Notes: a model not told the origin generated them from the sequence alone. Shown: positions 1 through 17,760, counted from the first letter of the stretch. The stretch: DNA of 64,000 nt from Camelus dromedarius (GCF_036321535.1 NC_087472.1:102116001-102180000); one strand, 5' to 3'. A program made the numbers and translations.

Positions 1-649
1 ATCCTGCCCTACTTCTGCACTGGCTTCTCCCCCAACACTTAGGAGTGCTTTCTGCTTTCTGCTGCTGTGTGGTAGGGGGATCAGAGAAAAGAAATAAGGA
101 TTCCACTGTTTAGGAACCTAGAAATCAGTCTTAACTGACCTTCAGGCAAAAAAACCTGGGCTATCTCGTCAGAAACATGGTGTCCAGCTACTGCCTAACC
201 CTTGACCATAAAGCATGAAAAACTGGGTTTAAACGAGACACGTGGAAAATGACATGGTTACATACACGCACCATGAGTACAGAATGGAGAGTGTCAGGTG
301 TGACTGCTTTCTGTGGGTGAGGAGGGACCAAGGAGCTACAGGATAAGGAGCACATCACAACCTCTGTGCTCCCATAGCGCTCAGCAAAGCATAGGCCTGT
401 GGTAAGCACATTCCATGAACTTAAGGCATCTTCCAGAGGAGTGAAGCTAACAAAGTAAGCTTTACATAATAATATTATGAGCAAAATACTATAATGAAGG
501 AGAAATCTAGGAAAGAAAACAAGCTACCAGTGGTGGGATAAAGCAAATTAATTAAGAGGTTTCAGAACACAAAATGTATTCTGGATAACATGTCAACTGT
601 GTTGCTAAAAAGACAGAGTTTGAGAAAATAATTATGAAACGTGGTTGCG

Positions 650-880
650 AAGCACAGTATAGTAGAAGTCGGCACTCTGAGGGTAGATAGTCAGGGTCAG
701 AATCGCAGCCTTAACCCTTACTTGCTGTGGGTGACTTCGGGCAAATTCCTAAAGTCCTCTGAGCCTTAGCTCGCTTATTGCAGAGCAAGGATAGCAACAG
801 AACCTTTTACACATGGTCGCTAGGATTAAATGAGTTAATATTTATAAAGCACTTAGAAGAGCATCTGGCATATAAGCACT
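650..880 (+). mobile_element. MIR SINE remnant
   Basis: core-like ttacttgctgtgggtgacttcgggcaaatt...ctctgagcct and tail ggattaaatgagttaatatttataaagcacttagaa. Confidence 0.8.
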
Positions 881-1479
881 ATACTTAAGATACCTGATAA
901 AATACATAAATAATTGCAATATATAATAATTGCAAATAATAAAATAACTGCAAAGCCTCAATGGTTTGTATTCCTTTAATATAAATTCTGAAATGTGTAA
1001 ATAATAATTATTTATGATGTAAAACTTCTGCTTTTTTTTCCCCCTTTTAGAAAGCAGGATATAGATTACATGTGGCCTTCTGCTACACCAAATATGGCCC
1101 ACTGACCACAATGTGAAAACTACTTTGACAAAGATGAATGTAAGTCTGCATCGGGGAAGGCACTTTAAAAATAAACTTTGACTTGCCTCAATGCAAGGAA
1201 ATACTTCATATTTAGAAAATGAGTACAGAGACTGAAAATTCCTAGTAACTTTTGCTTAGCAGATCTATAGTTAATTTTATGACAAGCAATGAATGGTTTT
1301 TTCTCTCTCTAAAGGTTTATCATCAAGTTTCTAGCTCCTCCCCAGAAACCTTTCCCAGCTCTCCTCTTCTACAAGAGGGGCCTCTGTTGCTACTAGCTGT
1401 GAGGTTCCAAGTAGCTCACTTCCACTTTCTGTTCCATAAAATGACAGGCAATAACCAAGGAGAGCAGGAGCACTGAAGT

Positions 1480-2840
1480 GTTAGAATTAAAAAGACTCAG
1501 ATACACTCAGAAGCAAGATCAAGATCCCTGGGGGAGCCAAATCGCAAAGTGGTAGGCCAGGCTGAGGGTTCAGAAGTAGGCAGAGAGAGCTCAGAGCTCA
1601 TACCCAGCAGAATAACAGATTTAAATGCCCCACATGAGGCAGGGGACCTGCACCAGGCTCATTCCCTGAAGCCACAGGCTAAGGTGACACTTCACTACCC
1701 AGAAACCTGCAAAGCCAAGATGAAGCCTACGAAGGTGCTGAGCACTACCTACTTAGGAAAGGAAGCGGGAGCAGACAACATCGTAGCCTGGTCTTGGGCT
1801 CAGCCACCATCTGGCGCCATCTGCACGATCACTGACATCTGTACCAGATGGAAGTGCTGAATCTCAAGTAGAACTGGCCTGAGAGTAGTGGCCCATGGGT
1901 GCAGAGCTCTGGGGTATGATTGGCAGAGACACCACTAAACAGCTAGAAAGGGAGAAGCTCAGAGAACTGAGAATGAAATTTGAACTCCAATTTAAAATAA
2001 GACTGCTGGGCAAATTTTCAAAAAGCATGGAAGAAAAAGCCCAACACTAAGAACAACCTCCACCCCAAAATATGATGAATTTACTCCTGAAGATAGAACA
2101 AGTTGAAAATAACTTTAAAATAATTTTGTTTAGAATCCTCAAAATTAAAAGCAGGGAACGCATCTGAAAAAAGAAAAGACAAATATGAAACAGAAACTGG
2201 AAAAAGTGAAACAAGAACAGATTGATATAAAAAACAACAGACTATAAAACCTGGAATCATACAGTTACACAAGAAAAGTTATCAATTGGAAAGCTGAAGA
2301 TTTCATCCACAGCCAACTCAGAGAGATCATGACATAAAGAGATGAAAGAGCCATTACTAGAAATAAAAGATGGGTTGACAGACATAGAAACATAGCTAAT
2401 GAGTTTGAGAAGAAAATAGAAGAAATAAGTAGAGGACCAAAACCTGCAGAGATATGACTAAGAGTGTTCTAAAATTAAAGACATGATTTTCCAGCTGGAA
2501 AATGCACACCAATCATCTGGAATAAATAAATTTAAACCTATGCCTAAACACATCACAGTGAAATTGAAACAGAACACCAAAAATAAAGTTTTAAGAGTCA
2601 CCACAGAGAAAATATAGTCACTCCAAAGGAACCAAAAACAGATTCACAGAATACTCAGCAGCAATACTCAGCAACAATAAATGCCCGTAGAGAAGGAAGT
2701 AATACATTCAAAATGCTGAGGGAAAATAACTTCAACCTAGAATTCTACATGCAGCAAAACTACCACTTACGAGAAAGGGCATAAAAGTTTACCATCCAGA
2801 GAACATTGGTGAAAAAAACTAGATGATGTATTTCAGGAAA
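1480..2840 (+). mobile_element. Old L1 5'UTR/ORF1 (L1M/HAL1-like) fragment
   Basis: degenerate ORF1-like A-rich sequence, e.g. aatacattcaaaatgctgagggaaaataacttcaacctagaattctac; boundaries approximate. Confidence 0.6.
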
Positions 2841-4427
2841 GGGTTTATTTGAATCTCACAATTGCTGGAGTTATCCTAACTATATGATTATGCAATATTA
2901 TGTCTCATCACAAGTTTTGAGAGCATGGTCTCTTAAAAGTAGCTTCCAAAGGCCCTTTTATTCTTACAAAGCTTTAAATGACTTTTTTTTATTCTAGGTA
3001 TCATAACAGAGAGCATTTTTCCCTTTCTCTCAATCTTTAATTGAAAGAAATCTTTAAAAGAAGAACTGCCCACCAAAACAGCTATTTAAACTTCTACCAA
3101 GTATTGATCAGCCTATCTCCAAATGTTTAACAGTAGGCACATGACATTTATGACTGAAACACATATAGACCTTCATGGATACCCCAATTCACACACCTAC
3201 TACTCACACAGAGTCTCCCCAAAAAAGAGAATGTACTTAAACAAGCTACCATAAGATGAGATAGCTAAATTATACATGAATTACTTAAGTGACCTCTTCA
3301 GACCTCTAAAAAGGGTTAGTGGAAATTCACTGAGGTGTTAACTTCAAACACCAACAGGAAGAGAACACTGGCCAATAACACCACAAAGTAATTCAAAATC
3401 CAACCACAGCAAAAGGGCCAATCATTATGTTCTCTGGACCTTCAAGATCACTCTGAGAGTAGAACACCTTACTATCAAAGGTCTGCTAAATACTTTCATG
3501 TGGCAAAATCAGGAAACATTTCTGTATTCTGATCTTTTCCACTATTTTCCATGTAATCATTCTAACGGATGTCTAATATTCTATTAGGTAGAGATATGTA
3601 CAATTCTCTTAATCAGAGCCTTCTTTGTGGACATTTGTATAGTCTGTACTTTTTTATTTTTATCGATAATATTAAAATAAATATTCATCACGGAATTTTT
3701 CCTTTCTTTTGAACTAGTTCTTGGGGAAAATTCTAGTGGCATTTGTTGATAGCTGGCAAACGTTTGAGTGTTCCTTTTAAAAGGAGGGGATTTATGCTTA
3801 ATCTTTCCTCCTCTGTTCCAATGCCAGTATTTCATCACTCTCTCTTCTCAAACTTCTCACTGTGGCCATTTCCTTTGCCTTTTGAATTTCTCAACCAGTG
3901 CCAATTGTTTGAGAATATTAGTTTTCAAATTCCTTTAATAAATCCTTATAAGAGAACTTGCAGAACTCTCAAAATTCTATCAATAAAGACTGGTCTAAAC
4001 CACAACTGTTTCTTCAGGCTGGAGCCATGAGTAGAACTTGAGTGATCTATGAAACAATTCCACAACTAGGTACCATAGAGTAAAATGTACTGCCAAAGTC
4101 AATACAGGAAAAAAGGCCCTACACAAAGCAGAAAAATCAACTTGAATAGTCAGCCTTGATAAATTCAAGACAATTTTATCTACAGTGAGAAATGTATTTA
4201 TCAAAATCTAATTTTAATTTAAAACAGAGACTTTTATTTTCACTAGAGGACAACACTAGATTAACTACATTCTTGGTAAGTCTAGCTAAAGGTTTGTCAT
4301 TTTTGCTGAACTTCTCAAAAAAACAACTTTTGATTTCAATGATTTCTCTATTGTTTTCTGTTTTCTATCTCCATCTATTCTTTATTATTTCTTTCCTTCT
4401 GCTAGATTTGAGTTTAGCTTGCTCCTC

Positions 4428-7920
<3,493 letters not shown>

Positions 7921-8542
7921 AGATCCACTGGTTTTTTTAAGAGTATGTTGTCTAATTTCCACGTATTACGGAATTGTCCAATTTTACTTCTGTAATTGAT
8001 TTCTAGTTTCATTCCAAGATACGATTTCAGTCTTTTTAAACGTACTGAGACTTCTTCTGTGGCCTAACATAGTGTCCATCCTGGATAATGTTCATGTGCT
8101 TCTGAGAAAAATGTGTAGCCTGCTGTTGTTGAGTGGAGTGTTCCACAGGTGTCCATTAGGCCTACAGACATTTATTCAACTCCTCTATTTCCTTATGGTC
8201 TTCTGTCCAGTTGTCAATCCATTAGTGAAAGTGATATATTAAAGTCTCTATCAGTCTAGAACTGGCTATTATTCCTTTCAATTCTGATGGGTTTATTATA
8301 TATGTTTGGGGGCTCTGCTGTTAGATGTATGTATGTTTACAATTTTTTATCTTATTAATGGATTGACCTTTTTATCAATACATAATGTTATTCTATGTCT
8401 CCTGCAACAATTTTTGTCTTTATTTTGGTCTGATACTAGTATAGCTACCCCAGCTCTCTTTTGGTTACTATTTGCATGTAATATCTTTTTCCATCCTTCC
8501 ACTTTCAACCTATTTGCATCACTGGATCTAAAATGAAGTCTT

Positions 8543-10377
8543 TCATATACATTTTAGGATTATTTGTTCTAGTTCTGTAAAAAAATGTCCTAGGTAATTT
8601 GATAGCAATCACATTAAGTGTGTAGACTGTTTTGAGTAGTATGGCCATTTTAATAATATTAATTCTTCCAATCCAAGAACATGGGGTATCTTTCCATTTC
8701 TTTAAGTCATATTTAATTTCCTTAATCAATGTTTTCTAGTTCTCCACATATGTCTTTCACTTCCTTGGTCGGATTTATTCCTAAGTATTTTATTTTTTTG
8801 GATGCAGTTTTAAAAGGGAGATCACAAAAGACCCAGAATTGCCAAAGCAATACTGAAGAAAAGCAATGAGGCTAGAGGAATAACCCTCCCAGACTTCAGA
8901 CAATACTGCAGAGCTACAGTAATCAATACAGCATGGTGTTGGTACAAAAACAGACATATGGATCAATGGAACAGAATAGAGAGCCCAGAAATAAATCTAC
9001 AAACGTCTGGTCAATTAATCTTTGACAAAGGAGGCAAAAACATACAATGGAGTAAAGACAGTCTCTTCAGCAAATGGTGTTAGGAAAACTGGACAGCTGC
9101 ATGTAAGTCAGTGAAGTTAGAACATTCCTTCATACCATACACAAAAATATACTCAAAATACATAAATCTCAGCAATGTTCTCCTAGGGCAGTTTATCCAG
9201 ACAATAGAAACAAAAGCAGAAACAAACAAATGGGACCTAATTAAACTTACAAGCTTTTGCACAGCAAAGGAAACCATAAGCAAAACAAAAATACAACCTA
9301 CAGAATGGGAAAAAATATTTGCAAATGATATGACTGACAAAGACTTAATGTCCAGAATATATAAACAGCTCATATAACTTAATAACAAAACAACAAACAA
9401 CCCAATCCAAAAATGGGCAGAAGATGTAAACAAGCAATTCTCCAGTGAAAACATACAAATGGCCAGTGGGCACATGAAAAAATGCTCAATATCGCTAATT
9501 ATCAGAGAAATGCAAATCAAAACTACAATAAGGTATCACTTCACACCACTCAGAATGGCCATCATTCAAAAGTCCATGAACAATAAATGCTAGGGAGAGT
9601 GTGGAGAAAAGGAAACCCTCCTACACTATTGGTGGGAATGTAGTTTGGTGCAGCCATTATGGAAAACAATATGGAGATTCCTCAAAAAACTAAAAATAGA
9701 CTTACCATGTGATCCAGCAATCCCACTCCTGGGCATATATCCAGAAGGAACCTTAATTCAAAAATCTACATGCACCCCAATGTTCATAACAGCACTATAT
9801 ACAATAGCCAAGGCATGGAAACAACCTAAATGTCAATCAACAGATGACCGGATAAAGAAGTTGTGATATATTTACACAATGGAATACTACTCAGCCATAA
9901 AAAAGAATAAAATAATGCCATTTGCAATAACATAGATGGACATGGAGATCATCATTCTAAGTGAAGTAAGCCAGAAAGAGAAAGAAAAATACCATATGAT
10001 ATCACTTATATGTGGAATCTAAAAATAAAAGATAAACAAACTTATTTACAAAACAGAAACAGACTTACAGACATAGAAAACAAACTTATGGTTACCAGGG
10101 GGGAAGGGAGTGAGAAGGGAAAAATTAGGAGTTCAAGATTTGCACATACAAACTAATATATACATAAATATATATAAAATAGATAAACAATAAGTTCATA
10201 CTGTATAGCACAAGCAGCGGTATGCAGTGTCTTGTCGTAGCTTGTGGTGAGGAGGAATGTGAGAGCGAATATATGTATGTTCATATATGACTAAAGCATT
10301 GTGCTGTACACCAGAAACTGACACAACATTGTAAACTGACTATATGTCAATAAAAATACACATACAAAAAATAAAAA
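8543..10377 (+). mobile_element. Young L1 with 5' inversion (8543-~8819 inverted, ~8820-10377 forward)
   Basis: TSD taaaatgaagtctt at 8529-8542 and 10378-10391; ORF2 peptides [17 protein letters not shown] and [16 protein letters not shown]-rich tail. Confidence 0.93.
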
Positions 10378-13221
10378 TAAAATGAAGTCTTCTTGTATAT
10401 AACACATAGTCAGATATTTTTAATCCATTCTCTCTCTGCCTTTTAATTGCAGATTTTAATCCATTTAATTTAAAGTAAATATTAATAAGGAAAGATTTAC
10501 TTCAGCCATTTTCTGTTTGTTTTCTATGTCTTATACTTGTTTTAGTCTCAATTCTTCCATCATTGTCTTCTTTTGTGATTAACTGATTGTTTTCTTAGTG
10601 TATCATTTTTATTAACTTCTCATTCTTTCTATATATTTTTTTAGTTTTTTCCTTAGTAGTTACCCTAGGAATTACAATTAACATCTTAATATTATAACAA
10701 GCTTGAATTAAAACCAACTTAGTGTCAATAGTATACAAAACTCTGCTCCTTTACAGCCCTGCTGCCTCCTTATATTACTACTGTCACAAATTACATCTTT
10801 ATGGATATATGCCCATTAACACAGATTGATAAGTATTGTTTTAAGCATTTCCCCTTTAAATCATATAGAAAAAAGAAGGAGTTACAAACTAACAATACTA
10901 CTGGCTTTTATATTTATCTATGTAGCTACCTTGACCTTTCTTCATTTCTTTGTATGGTTTCAAGGTACTGCCTAATATCCTTTCATTTCAGCCTGAAGGA
11001 TATCCCTTAGCATTTCTTATATGACAAGTCTACTAGTGACAACCTCCTTGAGTTTTTGCTTACCTGGGTATGTTTCAGTCTCCAACGACACTGTCTGTGG
11101 GAGTGTAAAGTGCCTCCCCAGGCCATCTGCCGCCATCAGTCGCAGTTAAGAGACTAGATTCCTCTTGTGTACTCTGCTGAAGCCATGTCTGCTGGCTAGG
11201 GAAGCACCACCCTGGACTGTTTAAGCTACCAGATGAGGGCCAAGAGACCAGCCTCCCCAGTAGGTCTCTGCTCATATCGGAGGGAAGAGCATGCATGGTG
11301 TTTGGGTGGGGTAGAGCAAGTATTCCTTCCCCAGTCCTCTGGATTGAGAGTATACTTTTCTTGGGGCATTTTTCTGTTTGCATCTGTCAGTAGTTCTGAG
11401 TTGTAGGCTTCTCCAGTGCCCAGTCCAAGATATACGGAAGATTTTTTAAAACTCAGGGAACTCACTACCACTCTATTCCTCAAGTCCTGAGGCCCTAGCC
11501 AGCCTGCTTTCCTCTCTACATCTTTTGAAATCCTCTTTCTTTCATATTAGGCCCAAGGTTTTTAGTTGTACTTAGCAAGGAGGGGGAGCAGGAAGAAATG
11601 AGTCTAAGCCATCTTCTCCTCATATGTTTTATGATGTTTCCTCTATGTTTGCAACAAAGTTTTTCTTGGAAAGAGGTGAATGCAACACATAATCAGAAAC
11701 CTTAAGCACTAGAAGGATCTATCTAGTCTAATCGCATTCTCTAGAAGAGATAGTAGGTTTGTGAGACGAATTTGGTTACTTCCCGCAAAGCCACAGAGCT
11801 ACACATTAGCAGCACCAAGAATGAGACCACAGACAGACACATTCATGTAATGATGTACAGCTTTCGTATGTTCTTTCATCATTACATATGAAGATAAATC
11901 CTGAGCCTAGCTAGATCTTCCCTTAATCACTGAAACACTCATTAGCATACTGTGATTTTCTAATAAACTTCAGCATACACTGTAGGACAGAACAGAGTAA
12001 CACTTTGGAAGAAAATGAAGATGGCATCTTAGGTAATATATGTTTATATATTCTCTTCAGAATAATTACTGACTTTCTAATACATAAATACAGAGAAGAC
12101 TAACACTTGACATATACTAAATTTGTGTTTTGATGAGTGAAAATCAGGATATTGTATGTAACTCTGAAAGCTCACAAATCTGCTTCATCTACATAGTCAA
12201 TATATCAGAGTGATTTGGTAACTAATGTACATTATATGAGATCATCTGAATATATTACAGCAAAAGATCCCATGATATTTGATACATGCCCACTGAATTT
12301 TAATTTGATAAAGAAAAAACCCACAGAATTTTAGAAGCAGTGACATTTCTGTTTGTTTACACTTAAAGAATGTTTCTTGCTGTTTTCTTATAGATATTTG
12401 AAAGTTGCCAATAACACAATACTTCACTTTACTCTTTTAAAAATGGATTTAGTGAGTTTAAAATGGATTGAGTATGCATATCACACTTTAATCAAATTTA
12501 CATCTTAAAAATGTATTACATAACCCTATAAGATACTAACACAATCACTAGTAATGCCAAAATGAGAGAAAGCTCTAAAACTCTTCATTTCTCCCAGAAA
12601 AATTTATTACTTTGTATCATCAACTATATATTAACTTATGGAAAGAATACTTGAAATGATAAGATATTAATTTACAAGGACAATGTATTTTTTAAAAAAA
12701 AACATGGAGTATCAAATATTTCAGAACTTTAGGGTCTACAAACTGCCATTTGAGTTTAAGTGAGCTTCAGACTTCCCTTCCAAATGAAATAAAGAAAGTA
12801 TTTTACATCAAGTTGTATCTAAGAAATTTGGTTTTGAAGTAGAGGAGCATTCCCAGCACATTCCCATCAGGTTCAGTATTGCCTAGGACCTGATTCTAGC
12901 CAGATGACAAGTTAGATGACAAATTAGCTGAATGGACTGTGGTTTCCTTTCAAGGCCATCTCTGTTCATGACTAGTCCTTCACAACAGTACACACAGGAC
13001 CTGAGGCACACAGTGACTAGACCTTCAAGCAAGACCTTCCCATCATGTCCTCTGACCTTTCTGAAATCAGTCAGCCCCAGAAGCCTGATACCCTCAGGCC
13101 ATCCATCATGATCTGGGTTCTTGCCCCAAGAGGGTCTGGATATATCCTCTCACCTGACTTTGTGCCTCCCACCCTCCCCAACTTGAGAAAGTTTTCCACT
13201 GTGCCCTTTAAGAACTCATGG

Positions 13222-13815
13222 AGCAGCACTATATACAATAGCCAAGCCGTGGAAGCACCTAAATGTCCATCAACAGATGACTGGATTAAAAAGTTGTAAT
13301 ATATTTATACAATGGACTACTACTCAGCCATAAAAAAGAATAAAATAATGCCATTTGCAGCAACATGGATGGACCTAGAGATCGTAACTGTAAGTGAAGT
13401 AAGCCAGAAAGAGACAGAAAAATACCATATGATATCATGCATATGAGGAATCTAAAAAAAAGAAAAAAGAAAAAAGAGGACACTAATGAACTCATCTACA
13501 AAACGGAAACATACTCACAGACATATTAAACAATCTTATGGTTATCAGGGGAAAGTGGGTGGGAAGGGATATATTTGGGTGTTTGAGATTTGCAAATATT
13601 AGCCACTATATATAAAAACAGATAAAAAACAAATTTCTTCTGTATAGCACAGGGAACTGTATTCAATATCTTATAATAACCTTTAATGAAAAAGAATATG
13701 AAAATGAATATATGCATGTATATGCATGACTGGGACATTATGCTGTACACCAGAAACCGACACATTATAATTCACTATACTTCAATTTAAAAATAAAACA
13801 TAAAATAAAATAAAA
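13222..13815 (+). mobile_element. 5'-truncated young L1 3' end
   Basis: PKCPSTDDWIKK ORF2 end, 3'UTR and (TAAAA)n tail; degenerate TSD at 13210-13223 and 13835-13849. Confidence 0.9.
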
Positions 13816-13914
13816 TCAGCAAATGATGAGAAAAAATGAACACATGGAGAAGCATCAACAAACCCCCTATATTCTCAACTTCTACTTTCAACATCCCTTC
13901 CTCTAGCCCTAATT

Positions 13915-14080
13915 CAGCATCTCTCAATCCTGACTGCACTTCAGAACCACCCGAGGAGCTTCTGTAGACTCCCAATGCCCAAGCCTTATCCCACACCGAA
14001 ATCTCTGTGTGTGGGACCCTGGCCTTGGTAGGTTAAAGCTCCCGCAGACGATTCAGTGTCTGCCAGGGTGAGCATCACTG
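13915..14080. mobile_element. MER5-like hAT-Charlie MITE
   Basis: cagcatctctcaatcctgactgcacttcagaaccacc...gagcatcactg resembles MER5 termini. Confidence 0.6.
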
Positions 14081-17009
14081 GGTTGAGTGACACTGTGTGC
14101 TCTCCCCTCAGGGGCTGCTTCCCCAGACAGAACTCTCTCGTCAGAGGCCCTTCCTCTCCCGCAGCTCTGGTGCCACCAGGGCTCAAGTAAGCAAGCCGGT
14201 TGCTCTTCACCAGCACCTGCAAACACGAAATCTCTCTCCCCTAAAATCTCTGTCTTTCCAAATTCCTCTTGTATGCCTGTTTCTTTGCATTTGCTTTTCC
14301 TCTACAGTAATGCTCTGATCTCCTCAGCCATTTAAAAAGAAAAGTTCTCCTGTTTCTGTAAAACTCATTTAATTGGTCACCTCAGCCCTTCCATGAAGCC
14401 CTCTTGGTCTCTCCAAGCTTAAAAGTGTTGAGAAAATGCTTCCTCCATCGTGCTTCCCAACCTACAGCGTTATTTTAGTACACACTGCACTGCTTGTGAA
14501 GAGCACCTGCCATGAGAAATCAGTGGTATAAACAGGAAAATTTGGAGCACATTAGTCTACAGGGAGCCCCAACTCATCAAATGTAGCGCTAATAGAACAC
14601 TGAGATTATCCTTTGTACCAAAAAATATTTTCTTTATTAAAGATAATTACACTGAAGCTGTGGCTCTATCACAATCGCCGTAAAAAATGCGGCATGAGAT
14701 CAACACTGTTAAAGGGATTTAGCTGTTGAAGTACCACAGACCTTAAGCAAGCAGAAAACTGACCTACAGGACAAGCATCAAGTCTACTGATAGCATTTTA
14801 CTCAGTTTATATGCACACAAACAATGAGCTAATAAGTTTAACTAACTCTCATTTTGACACTGCTCCATATGAAACAGTTACCTCTAATTGCTTCCGAGTC
14901 ATTTACGCTATGAATAAGTCTTTTTTTAAAAAAGTGTCACCTCTGGTCTCCAGTCAGCCAAAATACCATGCCCTGGTCTCTGGCCTGTCCACAGGAAAAG
15001 GGGAGACTAAAACATTTGATTCTTTATTTGTTCACTTGGTCCTTCTTGATCTTACCTATATAGTATGAAAAATAAGATCAGTTTCTTTGAATGTATTCCT
15101 CTTCCTAACTCCAGGGCCCCATCTGCATAATTTAATCCAGATGTTCATATCATGGTGGTGCTCGGTATAAGTAGGGGCCAGCTAGACTGCATTTTATGCT
15201 GAAAACCTATACCTCATCTTCCTCACTTGATAAAAGTAGAGAAAGACTTTTGGTGTATGTAGGAATTTATCTATCTATCTATCTATATCTTTGTGCATGT
15301 ATCTGCAAATGTACAAACTCTCTTACATACTTAAAACCTGTAAGTATATCACTGACTGGCCATATAGTTTTTTAAATAGTTTTCTTATTTATTATAATCA
15401 AGTCTTGCCCATTTACCAAGTTAAATAATATGAAAATTTTAAATCTAAAAAATTCAAAAAACTTTTATCTTAATTTCTTCTCAAAGCTACTAATAAATAT
15501 AGTGATTTTAATTATTCCAGGATTCCTAGCTTCTCTCCCCTAAGTATTACAGTTCAAGCCCCTTAAAAGAAATCTCTGTAGTTAAGTATAAATATATTTT
15601 TCCAAAATTATCTTGTCTATATATACACACCAAGGAACATTCAAAAAAATTTTAACAGAGCAAAAAAGTAACTCACAGTATTTAAGTTCTCTGTAATAAA
15701 ATCTCCTGTGAGGTGCTAAAAAATTACCTCATGAGAGAGTAAAAAGGAATAGAAAAGCAATGAAGAAAACAACAAACCGAAAACATGACAATTTGAAATC
15801 CCAAGCTAATGTGCAGTCAACCTTCTTCTTCATTTTCATCTCTTCTAGGGAAAACCATTGGCATAAGATATAAAAATTTAACTTTAATCACATAATATAG
15901 AGATGAGATGACAGATGAAAGAAGTTTGGAAATACTCTTACCAATACCTTAAGGCTGGTGTATAATGATGTTTCCTAACCACTAAGCCCTCAGGGTATTA
16001 ATAGGTATTTTATAAATAAAGGGATGAATGGTCACACAAGCTAGAAAATTGCCAGCTTTAACAAAATTGCCCACGTTTCTTTACTGTACGACTTCAAAGC
16101 CTTTAATGGGCTCACATGCACTGTGACTCTCCCAGAGCAGATACAGAGGCGGCAAATCTGTCTCATCAGAGAGCCCTGTAACATCTCCCAGAAGACTGCT
16201 TTATCACAAGTAGTTTGAAAAAGACTAGAAAATGTAGGTGCCCCATAAAGGTGGTTATATGAGTTTCTCCTGGGGCCAATATTAGGAATCTGACACGGCA
16301 CAAAGACTAAACACAATCATATGTTTATTACCCAGGACTTCCTCGGTCAAACGTGTGTGTCCCACTTACATTGGGCAAAAGGGGGAGAGTAGGGAGAGAG
16401 AAGTGGTGTAGGGCTTTTCTGCCTGCATTTCTTACACACCCTTTTCTGTAATCTGAAAACTCCAGTTAGGCAGCTGAGGTGGAGGCTTGGGCTGAGCGCT
16501 GGGCTCACTGTTTACAATGTGATGGGAAATCCGGTAGACAAAGAAGCAGTCTCTTGCATTCATAGTGACTTGAGAATTTCCAGCCCCCATCAGATCCTCA
16601 GTCACCAAGACCCAAAGCAGGCAGGAAGCCCACCTTGAGCAGCTCAGATGAGGACTGCTGATAGCAGCAGCACACTGCACAACCAGGAAGTAACTATTGT
16701 CACTTGCACAGCAGGAGAAACATAAGGAGTTTGGTCACAAAAGCCCTTTCAGACAAGTCTTCCACGCAGTCATCCGGGTGGCTCTCAAGCCCTGGTTTGA
16801 AACCAGCAGCTGGTAGATAAGCACCTCCAGAATGCCCACTAATTTTGTTGTGACAAAAATAGGGTTGCTGTTAGTGCAAATCAGGAGACTCTTCTCATCT
16901 AGGTCCTCTGAGAGGGATGTGGTGAAAGCCTTGAATGCCTGAGTGATGGAGCACTGTCCTCCCGTGTCCACAGACATTCTGACTCTGATGATGGGGGTGG
17001 GGTGGCTTT

Positions 17010-17760
17010 TAGGAGACAGACCTCGGTTTGGGAGCAGGCTCTACTGTTTACTGGTTATGTCACCTTGGGTGACTTGCTTAACCCCTATATGCTTCAATAT
17101 TATTTGTTTTAAAAATGTTATTATTTGTACCTACTTCATAGGGTTTTTGTGAAAATTAAATAATGCACGGAAAGCACTCAGCACAACGCCTTGTCAACTG
17201 AAATAATATACAACCTAAAAGCTGAGAGTTATGTTTTATTCGGAGGACATTCTGAGGACTTCTTGGGAGGCAGCCTCTCAGACTGCTCTAAGGGACTGCT
17301 CGCAAGACGTAAGGGAGGAGCCAGGATATATAGCAGTTTTTGCAACAGAGACTGGGTGGTCAGAACATCAAGAGATTACTGTTAATTAAAGAAAACCGGG
17401 TATCTCAAGTTAAGGAATTTAGCACTTTTCTATGTAGGGGAATATACAAGAGTCTGGGCTCATTGAAATCATTCCTTTGATGTGCACCTTAGCTCTCTAG
17501 GGCCAGTATCCTATGCTTCCCATCCTGAGTCTCCTCAGGATGCACTGTTGGGAGTGGCCGCAGGTTGACAGCTTGATGGTGGGGGCCTCCAGTTTCCATA
17601 CTGAGTTCACCACCAGGGCTCACCCAGGGCTCACCATCAGGATGGCTGCAATGTGATGGTTTGATGGCTGCAACATCCTTTGTTTACTGATGTGGCAGCA
17701 ATATTTTTCATTCACAGCCTGCTCTATTGTAGATGCTCAATAAACAGAACTAATAATTTA
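17010..17760 (+). mobile_element. MIR SINE split by an LTR insertion
   Basis: MIR core and tail at 17040-17191 (aaagcactcagcacaacgcct) resumes after 17720 (gatgctcaataaa). Confidence 0.75.
17192..17716 (-). mobile_element. ERV1-class solo LTR (MER41-like)
   Basis: 525 bp with TG...CA termini; 4-bp TSD gcct at 17188-17191 and 17717-17720; on the minus strand TATATA at 17327-17332 and AATAAA at 17235-17240. Confidence 0.88.

Noticed and set aside
16290..16740. Possible old LTR/MaLR-like remnant (similar hints near 38905 and 41725)
   Set aside because: Could not define termini, TSD or family by eye
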